Of a stretch of 64,000 nucleotides of DNA, positions 26,082-38,000 are shown in pieces. The first letter of the stretch is position 1, and every line of letters starts with the position of its first letter. The notes under the pieces are model-generated. The model worked only from the letters and a program-made list of their open reading frames with translations, searched no databases and was not told where the DNA came from. The translations under genes were made by a program, and so were the position numbers. Source of the stretch: a virus. Location: positions 1-64,000 of IMG/VR virus record IMGVR_UViG_3300025168_000054; one strand, given 5' to 3'.

Positions 26082-29000
26082 ATGTCGTACCTGACCTCTC
26101 TTGAGAAGCGCGCGTCCTTCCCTCTGCGCCCTGCTGAGCAGAAAGAAGAGGTCAAAGTCGACGAGGTGGCCGCTCCGGCGGCTCCCGCGTTTACTTCAAC
26201 GGTCCCAGGTACGGGGATTCGCCCCATCAGCGATCTTCTCCCCTCCGAGGGCAAGACGCCTGAGTACTCCTTCGGCGATGTCCCAACGCCGAAGGAGAAC
26301 CCCTTTGACATCGCGTTCGGTTCTCGGGAGAAAGTCGCCGCGCTGTACTCTGAGATAGTCGATACAACCGCGAGAAAGCGCTACGAAGCGGGTCAGTTGG
26401 CGGAGAAGTACAACTTCGACGACCAGGAAGAGGAGGGGTTTTTCGTCGGCCTCGCCAAGGAAGCGGGGGAGACTCTCATGGGGCGGGAGATTCTGCCGCG
26501 GGAGCCTTCGGACGAAAAGGTGGTGCTCAAGCGCACAGACGTTGACTCCTACATGGTTGAGTCACCAGTCTCAGTCTCAGGACGGCCTTCGCCGGTAACG
26601 GGACTATCTCAGCTCGTGCTGGGTGCCTCTGCGATTGATCCCGAGTCTCGCCCAGCGCGAGAGCTCAAGAAGCAAGGTCGAACGGCGAAGAAGATTCCCA
26701 ACGCAGAAGATATTCGTGTCAACGTCACGAACGAGCGGCTTCGCGCAGCGTTTATCTCTCAGGCTAAAGACAAGGAGTCCGGGGCTCAGTCGTATAGCGC
26801 CTATGTGCAGCGCATCGCCGATAACCTCGCGAAGGAAGGCAAAGACGCCACTTTCCGAGACGCGCAGCTCTTTATCGCCGGGAACGTGATTGCACGCTTG
26901 CCCAAGCCTGCAGGGCAAGGTGACCCCGGCATCGTCGTCGCACAGCGTGATGCAGTAAACCTCGTGTCGCAGTACACCGACCCGAGCTTCACGAGAGGCT
27001 TAGCGCAGACGTTGCCGATGGCCCCGCTCCGGTTGGGTGTAGCTGGGTCGGAGAAGCTGGGCGACCGTATTGACCCCAGTCGAGTTTTCGACCCGTACGT
27101 GGAAGAAGACACAGAGATGAAGCGGTCTGACCCGCTGGGTGCTCGCGCACGCGGGCCTATGACCGCGAGCGAAGCAGAGCGTGCCCAGTTCCTTGAGCAG
27201 CGGATGTTCTTCCCGGTCGACTTTGAGTACGACGAAGACAAGTCGCTGAAGACATCGACGACTGCCGCGCAGACGATGAACGACCTCATCGTGGACGGTT
27301 CTTTGATTCTTGGTGGGGCCGAGGGCAACTTCGACGACATGTACGGGGAAAGGAGTGTCACCGAGGTCTACAGCTCGAAGGTGATCTCAGGCGAGAGCGA
27401 CCAGAACCGGCTTATCGCTCTGGCGGCAAAGGCGGGTATCCCCGTCGACAAGACCTACGCTGTCACCAAGGCAGAGAGCACCGGAAATCCCGCGTCGTTT
27501 GCGTTCAACCTGCACCTGGGGCAGCACAACCCCAAGGACCCCAGCAACCCGAGGAACCGAACCGCCGAGCAAGAGCAGCGGCTGCGCCAGCTGATGGCAT
27601 CTGAGGGACTCAAGGTGAACTTCGAGTCTCGGGCGGCGCAGAACTACTACGGAAAGAACGCGCGCCGGGCGCTCGATCTCGCGGCAGCAATCAACCCGGT
27701 AGCGGCTGTTCAGGGCGGCGCCTTCGGCGAGTTCCAGGTCACGGGCAAGTACGGTGACGCGCTTGGCTACGTCAAGGAGACGTTCCCCGAGGTCGAGACT
27801 GACGAGCAGGCCGCGGGCGTCTTTCTCAACATGTTCAAGCAGAGCCCCGGTGTCGTCGGCGATGACATGTTCGTTCGGTGGTTTCAGCGGAACCCTGACG
27901 CGCAGAAAGCAGCAAACGACGGGGACATCTCAGGTCTCGCGAAGGAGTACTACGGCAGCCTTAGCGACCCCGAAGAGGTGGGCATCTCTGCTGCGGAAAA
28001 GGCGCGCCGAGAAAAGCAGGTCGAAACTCGCGACGGTTGGGTGGGCCGAGCGACCAACGCCAGCGAGGCGTACCTCGGCGGCATGATTGATTCCGCGCGC
28101 AAGGCCACGCGGCCGGAGGCACAGTCTGCGGAAACTTCTACGGATGATCCCCCCACGTCGCTGTCTCAGCAAGGACTGCTCGAGAACGAGAGCGTGTTTA
28201 CTTCTGAAGAGTCTCGGGAAGACATCTCTCAGGTCGAGGAGGCGCTACAGCTGCGCGCAGTCGAAGTCGAGACAGGCGTTTCGACTGTGATGACCATGTT
28301 TGGCGACATGGCTCAAGCGCCAACTCCAGGGTCCTCCGCGTTTATCGCTGCGGTTGCCCCGATTAAAGACGCGAAGGAAAACGACGCACAGCTCTATACG
28401 GTCGTAAAGGACAACAGAGACGCTCCGATGGGCACCGGCTATCGGAACGTGGCGAACTTCCTGTTTGAGCGTAAGGTCAACACGACGCTCGGGGAACGCT
28501 CTCTTTCGGACCTGTCTGCAGAGGAAACAAAGAGGCTGAAGGCCGAGGCGCGACAGGAAGCCTTTGCCGTGGTCACTTCCGCGCAGACAGAGAACTTGTG
28601 GCGTACTTCGTTCTACACGTCGTTCGACTATCTCTTGGGCGAAGAGGCCGACAGCGTGTTTGCTGCGATGGCACCTCGAATCGAGGTCATGGGCCGCACC
28701 AAGGACGGCTTCGTGTTTCGCCAAGAAGGTGATGTCCTGGCTGCCGCTGCGGCGCTCGACGCGCCGGCCGTACTGGGACAGTCGTTCAACATCGGAGTTA
28801 TCGGGAACTACCTATTCCCTGCGATTGAAGCTGCGTACACGGAGTACGAGCAGGGTAATCGCGGCGCGGCGTCCCTGGCGTTTGCTGTCACGGGGGAGAC
28901 TGTGGCAGCTGTCGCGGGGTCGTTTGGGGCGTACATCCCATACAGCAATGACATTGGCGTCGAGTTCCTGAACGAAGTGCATCGCGCGGGCGTTCAGGGT

Positions 29001-32000
29001 GTGGCTGAGCGGCAGAACTTTGTTGAGGTGGGCCTGAGCTCAGGAGCGGACGTCTTTGGTTTTGCCGCGGAGTCACTGCTTGAAACTGAGATGGGGCGCG
29101 AGACGCTTGACATGCTCATCGCATCGGGGTCTCTCCCGATTCCTTATGAGCTGACCTCGCCTGGCCGCAGGCACCTCGCCGTAGTCGACATGGCTCGAGC
29201 CACAGGGACTGCCGTGGGCATGCTGGGGGGCCTTGTTGCCGCTGTTGGCGTGCCGGATGCGACCGACTTCTTGCTTATCCCTAAAGTCATGAAGACAGGT
29301 CGACGTGCCTATCGTTTGATCAAGGACATTGACTTGTCGGTTGATGGGCTCGAGGCGCTCACAGAGACGAAGACATTCTCTCGGGCTGTGGGGTCGCGCT
29401 CAGAGATGTTCCTGCACGGAGAAGCTCGACGCACCACACTGGCCCAACTGGCAGCGACGCTTGAGCAGACGTCGGCAAAGGACCTGCAGGGTGCTTCGAG
29501 CGACGAAATCGCGACTCTTCTTCAGTTGGTCGATGATATTCTCGACACTTCCCGTAAGCAGGATGCGACAGACGGGGTCTTCCGTAACGATCTGACAGCC
29601 AGCGTGAAGATCGAGGTGGACCTGGAAGCAGAGAGTGCGCTGAGACTTCGAGCAGAAACTCAGACGCCCGCAGGGGAAGCCGCTCGGTACGCGTTGGACA
29701 AGGACCTCTCGAAGGACGTTCACGCCACTATCGTTGAACTCATCAAAGAGGCGTCGGCGTCAAAGGACCCTCGGCGAGTCGAGTTGGCCGAGGCACTGGG
29801 CGAGCGGCTGAAGGCTTCGCAGCTGCGCGAAGCCGTGAGCCTCTCGCCAGGCCAGACAGACGCGTTTTTGTCGGCCGCAGAAGAGGTGGTTGGTCCAAAG
29901 AAAGTCTTCGGATTCACTGAGCGTATCGAGATTCTCCGTGACGCACTCCTCCTCATCGACCCTGCCTCCGATGGTATGGCGATTCGGAAGAAAGTGTTCA
30001 GTCGCCGGGTCACTGAAGATCGCCTTAGTCGCGTGGCCAACACGGACACTGCCGACCTGCCGGGCTTTGTCGATCCGACTCTGAGCAAGGGCTTGGACCG
30101 CTACGGGCCTGTGACCGAAGAGGCTCTTAAAAAGTCTCTAAGCACTGTGAGATTGGCTGACGCCAAGAAGGGTGAGATCCTCCAGGCTCGCACAAAGCTG
30201 CAGGGTTGGCACGATCGGTTCAAGGCCGCGGTAGCCGACAACAGCATTCTTGACCCTCAGGTTCGGAGCGTGTTGCTCGACGAGTTCAAGGCAGAGAAGC
30301 TCGGAGATTCAAACTACCGGGTCTTCAGCAACTCCGATCGAAGCCGACAGAGTAGCTACTACCGAGGCGTCATAAAGGGCATCGAGGGTGTCGCAGGAGA
30401 TGCGACCAACGCGGCGTTTGGTCAGAACATCCTGGCTCGGGGTCTTCAAGGCGTACTCGCTGCCGCTGATTCGCGCGGGGCCGCGTACAAGAGGTTCGCA
30501 GTCGCACTGGTCGACAAGAGGAAGCTCGAAGCGCTGGATTCCAGCATGGACGCCGAGAAGTTCCTTGCAGGCGGAGAGACCGCTCTGCGCATGCGGAGGT
30601 TCCGCTACGCGCTCCAGTCAGCCACGAAGGAGGGAGTGATGCAGATCATGCTCTCCAATCCTGTGATGAGTCGGCTGATTCCAGAAGGCATTCGCGCGCA
30701 GTACGCTGTGTCCGCTTCGGCGAGGATGGCGAAGCGTCAGGAGATGCTGCGGCAGGGCAAGTCTCCGCTGGACCTCACCAACTTGCTGAAGCGAGAGGCT
30801 CTGACGAAGCTTTCACAGCGTCTGGCAGTGGCAACGACCAGCGGCGATCAGGCAATGGCCGCAAAGCTGACTGCCGACATTGACGAAGTCAAGTCTCCGC
30901 AGTTCTTTGCCAGGGTTTCCCAGTGGATGGACGATTCCATCACAGAGGTGAAGACCGCAGCCGCTGAAGGTCGAGAGCCGAATCTTCCCGGCATCGAGCT
31001 TCCTGTTGGGATCGACCCCGCCATCGTCAACCGTATGGACATGGATCCTAAGCCGCTGAGCGCTACCCGTAAGTTCTTCAGGGAGAGCTACTCGCCGGCG
31101 TTTGGTTTCGGTGCGGTGGAAGAAGTCCCCGCGGGTCCCTTGACCGCAGAGTTGCGCACACGGCGTGCGCGACTTTCTACCTCGGAAAAGCTCGCCAACG
31201 AGGTCGTTCTTGACCACATGCTTCGCTACATGGCAGGCGTCGATCGAACCGACACCCGCGTCATCGCAGAGCGCAAGGTCACCGACTTCCTCGAGAAGCG
31301 TCTGACGGTTCGGTCAATCGGGTCGTATGACTTCGAGTCTCGTCGAGTTGAGCTGCGTACGCAGCTTGATGACTTGTCTGAGCAGATTGCCCAGAGACGC
31401 TTCGGCCAGTCGGTCAACGACCTGGAACCACGAGCGCGCGTCCAGGTTCGCAGCGATGCGTTCAACGTCATCATTCCGTTGATGACTGACTGGGAAGCAT
31501 CTTTGATCTTGGCACGCTCGTCAGAAGAGCTGAAAGAGATCCTCGCGAACGCACGCCTCATCGGTCCGCGGCTGCCTGGCGAGGAAGCCGGAGACGTCAT
31601 TCTCTCGACCTTGTTTCAGGACCCGGAGTTTATGGCGCGCCTGCGTAAGACAGGCGGGGCTACGCGACGTCGCCGCAAGGCAAAGCCTGCCGCAAAGGCG
31701 GCACCAGAAACGGCGGAGACTACAGAAGCTCCCGCTCTGCCCGCTGCATCCGCCGTAGACACGGCCGCAGCAACCGACCGCCCGGCTCGGCGCACCCGTC
31801 GGGCGGCAGTCACTATCGACAAAGAGGCAGCTCCGACTGGTCAGGTGTATGTGGCTAAGGTCGACGAGCTCGACGAGGGCGTACCTGACTCAGTGCTTGA
31901 GGCAGAGTCTGCCTTTGGTAACTCCGCGCTGCTGTGGAGCAGTCTCAGTGATCGTATGGGCGGCCTCCTCGAACAGAGTGAGGTACTGCGTGGTTCGCCT

Positions 32001-35000
32001 ACCTTGGGGTCGGCTTCGTCTACCGTTGTCGGTCAGCGCGCAGTGGGCAGCATCGGCCGGCAAGTCCTCGGAGTCATGGTCGAAGGTCTGCAGGGCCTTA
32101 AAGCAGAGGATTCCTCTGACTTCTTCGTCAAGTTCGCGGAGGCGCTTAAGTCGACAAGTCGCTTCGACGAGCCCATTCGTTTGGCCGTGACTAACAACCC
32201 GGAGGTTGTGGTCACGTTGGCAGAGGTGTTCAGCAAGCAGGCTCGAGGCAACCTGACTCAGGCAGACGTCACTGCCGTCGAAAACCTGCTGCGTAAGGCG
32301 GGTGTACTTTCAAGCGAGTTGAGTGCGCAGGACCTGCTGAAGGTCAACGGCGAGGAAACCAAGGCGGCACTGGCGGCAGATACGGTTGCTCGGGCCGATG
32401 AGTTCGTACCGTCTCCCGCAGCTACGAAGGCTACTCTGCCTGAGGAAGTTGCGCGGAGCTCTGCGCTCGAGGAGGCCGTCGAAAACATCGCCAAGGCTAC
32501 GGGCTCCGATGAAATCCGCAGGCTGCTCACGGACTTGAAGGACTCTGACCACGGGCGAAACATCGAGGCCGTGCTTCGGGCTATCGACATGATCGGCCCC
32601 GAACGACTCAAGAACATCTCACTGGTCATTGAGCCGGCAGAGGGCCAGTCCGCGGCGAAGCGGATGTTCGACTTCACCAACGAGACCATCCGCGTCTACG
32701 ACGACGCTCTCGAGTCCGGCGAGTTTACGCCTGAGGTGCTGTCGCAGTTGTGGCAGTCGCTGACTCGGTATGTGCCTGACGCTGAGGTCAAGGCCCTCAA
32801 GGACGAGTGGCTTAAGGAGCGCGACGCGTTCATGCGGGCGAACCCTGATCGCTTCGGTCGGGACATGACTCCGATTGGAGACTTTGTTCCAGACGAAATG
32901 ACGCTCCTGTCCTTTGACCAATGGATTGCTAACGCTGCCCGCAACGTAGTTCTCGCGGAAATAAACCCAAAAATCACAAATAACCCGGTCCTTCAGGCTT
33001 TCGTCGACACGGTGTCTGCGCTTGTCGAGCAGTTCAAGCTGCGCGGCAAGAAGGTCGGGGCCATGGCCCTGGAGTTCTTGAACAAGGGCAGCCAGAAGTA
33101 TCAGGAGATGGTGCGCGATGGCTCCGTGGACACGGCGATTCGCCGAGCGACGCCTGAGCAGTACTTCGGTGAGCAGCTCAAGTGGCAGGCGTTCCTCGAC
33201 AACCCTGACGCGCGCAAGCCCTCAGTCAAGGCCGTAGGCGAGATGGAAGCCATCGACGAGTTGATCGATGGTGCTGCTGAGACCACGGTTAAAACTGTTG
33301 AGACATTCCTTGCGGAACGCTTCGGTAAGCGCGCGATTCTTACCGAAGAAGGTTTTTCCCTTCTCAAGGCAGAGGCTGTCAAGGACGATGTCTCTCGCGT
33401 ACTGTTTTCGGGGGTCGCCGCGCGGCTGCAAGAGCTGGGTGTGTCGGCCCTCGATGCAGAGGGCAAGCCGCTGTCTCCCTTCCAGATGACGGAGCTGTTC
33501 AAGGAAGTGCGCCGCGGTTTGGTCGAAGAAGCCGCGGACGCGGCTAAGCAGGAAGGTGGCGAAAACTTCAAGAAGGTACAGCGGCTGGGCGAGTTGGAAA
33601 GCGAACTCGCCAAGTTGCGCGCCGCGGGTGAGACCGAAACTCCTCGCGTGATCAAGTTGAGCGAAGACATCAACGAGCTTGACGCTGACCTTCGGGCGAC
33701 GGCGGAAAGTGCCGGCGAATCGACGTCTCCGTTCCAGCGTATGCTTGAAACGAAAACTCAGTCAGAGCGAAAGGTGCTCGCACAGAGCATCCTCGACAGT
33801 GTCGTCGCTGTGATCGCAAAGATTGATGAGTCTCCTGGGCCGATGACTCTGGATGAACTGCTCGAGGGAGTTGAAGATCAGAGTGTCATCAACGAGGTCC
33901 GGCACTTGCTTGGCGTCGCCGGCAAGCGCGGTGACCTCTTGTCGCAAGTTCGAGATGACGGGCGCCTGCTCCTGGCAAGAGCCCCTGGCCGCGTAGTGCT
34001 TCCCGAAGAAGACCTTTACGTCCAGACGCTTCGGGCGGAGGCTGAAGGTCGCGCGTACGAAGCCGACGAACTCGCCGATGAGGTTGACAAGATCCTCGGT
34101 CTGAGGCCTGACATTGCTCGGGACGAAGCTCGTAAGCTGGCTTCGGGCTACCTCGAAGAGCTTCGACAGGCCGCAGCCACTGCTCGCCGTCAACGGCTTG
34201 AGCGTGGGGCTATCGACGCAAGTATGCTGGACGAGCTTTTGCTGAACGAGGCATCGTCTCTGGCAGCTGACGCCGCACGCACGGGTCTGCGGGCCGACCT
34301 CGATGTACAGATTGATGAGATCGTCGCCGCCGTCCCCGACGCAGGGACGGTGCCGTTCAACACGACGAGAAAGGTCTCTGACGACTTCGACATCGTTTCT
34401 TTCGAGTCAAACCCTGGGGTCGAGCAGGCCGCGTTTGCCTTGTCCAACGCGAGCAGCCTCAGAAAGAGCCCGCCGAAGAGCATCAAGAAGGGCGCGAACG
34501 AATCGGCCGAAGCGTTTGCTGCGCGGAGTAAGCAGCTCATGGCGACAAACCGCTCTGCGGCTATCACGCTGGTCATCGACATGTTCGAGGGTCTGCGCCC
34601 TTACATCGCGCTTCCGGCCGAGATTGTAGTCAAGCGCAACAAGGTCGATAAGACCATCTATCTAAAGGACGTCCTGCCTGGACAGGACTTTAGCAAGCTG
34701 CGGGTTTTGGATACCAAGGCGTTCTTGAAGAAGTACACCGAGCTGATCGAGGAAGCTCTCAAGGAGCAGGGGCTACTCGAAGAGGTCAAGTCACTCTCGT
34801 CGGCGATGCAGAAGAGCGAGTTCGACGACGCCGTCGCGCGTGCTCGTAAGCAGAAGTCCGTAGAGGCCGAGCCTGTGGTGGAGCCTGCGGCAGTTGAGCC
34901 TGCAGCCGCTCGGACGGCTACTGACGACCGGTTTGTGTTGAAAGCCCGTGAGATGTTTGACGACGGCAAGACTCCTCGTGCCGCGGAGAGTGTGCGAGAG

Positions 35001-38000
35001 GCCATCGAAAAGAACGCGGGATCTGGCGCCGCGAAGGCGTTCGGCGATGAGTACAAGTCCCTCAGAGACGCCGCTGTTCAAGCCCGTGTTCGTCAGGACG
35101 CCGCTGAGGCCACCACCGGTGCCGCTGAGCCTAAGGCGACTCCTTCTCCCACGGTTGCTTCGCCAACGACTACGCGGTCTTTGCCCAAGGCAGGAGAAAA
35201 GCACACGCCGCCGACGCCAGCAGAGGCTCGCGCAGAGACTGCTGCCGCGCCGAGGAACGAACGCGGTGTCTCACTGGGCAACCCGGCACCTTCCAGAGAT
35301 GACCTACCTAAGATCGAGACGGTCGTTAAGCCCTACCGCGAGATGGGCAAGCAGTCTCCTGAGACGTTGGCTGAGCACGCGAGTGCTCGTGGAATCGACC
35401 TCGCCGATCACTCGACGCCTGAAAGTCTCGCGAACGCTGTGGGTCAGGCAGACGTAAAGTCTGCGCGCGTGGCGCAGGCTGTGTCGGGTGACGCGCCTCC
35501 GGCCGCGGCCAAGGCGGCACCGCCTGAGGCCTTTGCCGCAGCGGCAGACATCACTGCCGCAGAGGCGAAGACCGTCAATGCGATAGACGCCATGGTCGAT
35601 GCGCTCGCACCGGAGAACGCAGACAAGGTCGCCAAGCGTGTTGCACGTCTCCAGAAGCTTATCGACAAGTCGGAAGAGATCGAGGCGCTTTCAGCCAAGC
35701 AGGTGGTCGACTACGTCTTTGACGACCTGGATGTTGGCGCGCGAGAGACTCTGGCGAACTCCGGGGCAATCGACGACATCGTCAAAGACCTGACGAGGAT
35801 TTTCAACCAAAACGTCGCGGACGTAAAGCGAGAGTCTCGGCGGCTTCGTCGAACCTTTGAGAGTCTGCAGAAGCTCGCCAAGAAGCTGGAAGGCAAGGAT
35901 CGTGAGCGGGCTCTCCGTGCTGCTGCCCGAGCGGAACGGCAAGCAACATCCATGGAGGAAGCTCTTCGCGAGCTCTTGAGGTCTGACCGGCTGGACGAGT
36001 TCGCCGATCTTCTCGAGACTGAGCGAGCAGCCGGCAAGGTTCGGCGGAAGGCAGAAAAGCAGGCCCGAGAAGAGGCCATCATCTCGTTCATCAGCCGTGG
36101 GGCACCTCCCCGCCCTCCAGGTACGCCTAAGACCCCGCGCAATCGCGGAGTAGATAAGGTCCCTAAGAACGTCAAGGGGATGGTGTATTTCCTCGACGAC
36201 TCACAGGCGATTATCTACGCGTTCAAGTCGGCAGATGCTGAGACAGGTCTCCACGAGATGGCGCACGTTTTGCGGCGCAACTTGCGGGACGCAGACCTCC
36301 AGGTTTCTTTGGGCTGGGTCAACTCTCAGCTGGAAGCGCGGGGCATGGAGAAGGTGCGCCTGGCTTACGGTGTTGACAGCCGGACGGGCAACTTCATTGG
36401 TCGAGGTGACTCTGTTCACTACGCCGAAGAGCTTTTTGCTGAAGGCTTTGAGCAGTACATGCGCGAGGGCGTGGCCCCGACGAAGATGCTCGAGAACGTC
36501 TTCAAGATCATGAAGGAGCTTCTGCACAACATCTTCGTCTCGGCCAAGCGACAGCCGGAGAAGATTGAAATCAGTCCTGAGATGTACGCGGTGTTTGACC
36601 GCGTCTTCGGGGCAAAGCAGACGTTCACGATGGACGACATGCCCGACGCGATGATGTTCCTCAACGTGCAGGACGACCTCGGTCGATCTGTCGTGGGCCT
36701 GGGTGGCCGGCTTGAGACTGACCTCATCCTTGAAGACACTGTGACAGGTCGTTTCCGCCAGCTTGAGATGAGCCTCGACGACTATCGCCGTCGCATGGGC
36801 AAAAGCGGCGAGGCGGGTATCGTCGGCAAGGTCGCGTCGAAGCTGCCTACTCCTAAGGCGGCTGTGGGTGGTCTCGGCTTGGGTTCACGAACCAGCCAGT
36901 ACCTTGACCCTGTCAGTAGCCGCGTGCTGTCTGCCGAAGACCGCATGCTTCTCAACAGGTTCCGCCGCGGTGAGATCGAAAGGTCTGATCTGCCCAACCG
37001 ACTTCTGCCTGAGATCGAGAAGGGCTTGCGTGTGACTGGTGAGGCGGCGGTGCTCGTTGGCTCGCTCACACTGAAGGCTGCGCGCCTTATGTACGGCGAC
37101 GATGCTTCTCGCGTCATCCGCACGTACAACCCGGCTCAAAGAGTCCACATGAAGGCGGGAGCGAGGGAGGGTGAGGAGTTCTCTAACGGCGCGTCAGTCT
37201 TGATCAACGACATCTCTCGACGCATGGGTGCCTCTGCCGAACGCGCGCTGAACGACATCATCAGCTACTTCTCAGGTCAGTCGGCGCAGCTGTTGACTGG
37301 GTCGGAGAGAGGTAAGAGACTCAATGCTACGAATGTAGACATCTTCGAGCACGTCTCGAGAATGTTCCACGACATGCTCTGGAGGATGGACCCAGAAGCG
37401 CGGGTTGCCTTGATACAAGCGGCAGAAAATCGTTTGAGCAAGCCGCTGCACGCGACAACTCAGGATGACATCCTTCCGCTGTCAGGTTTGTGGAACGGCT
37501 ACGTCGTCCGCAACCGAGCAACCCCAGAGAAGTCGGCGCTGTCATTTTCCGGGGAAGGAATCTTGCTGAGCAATGACTACATCGACGTAGTTAAGCCTGG
37601 ACTTGCGAAGGGTGGCTCTATCGAGATCGATAGTTTTTTGCAGGACACTCTCGGAGACCTCTATGTCGCAGTGACCGGGCAGCCCCTCAGTAAAGGTACG
37701 AAGGTTCCTCCCACAGCCTTGGATATGGCTGCGCTGCTCGTGCTTCACTCCGGCGGCTCGATGCTGAAGGCTTCCGATGGAAGCGCGGTTCACCTTGACC
37801 AGGTCTTGAAGGCCGCCGGCGTGAGCCGCGGAGAGGCTTTGATCAAGGGCGTTACCGCCGAAGTCAACGGCTCGACCGTCAAGGTCCCCGGACTCATGAC
37901 GACGTCAGTCGCCGTTGAGCGTCGCTTGCCAGTGCTCATGTCTCTGGGGCATGCCGGGTTTGCGTCAGGCATGCTCGACGACGCGGCGAAGTGGGGCTTT

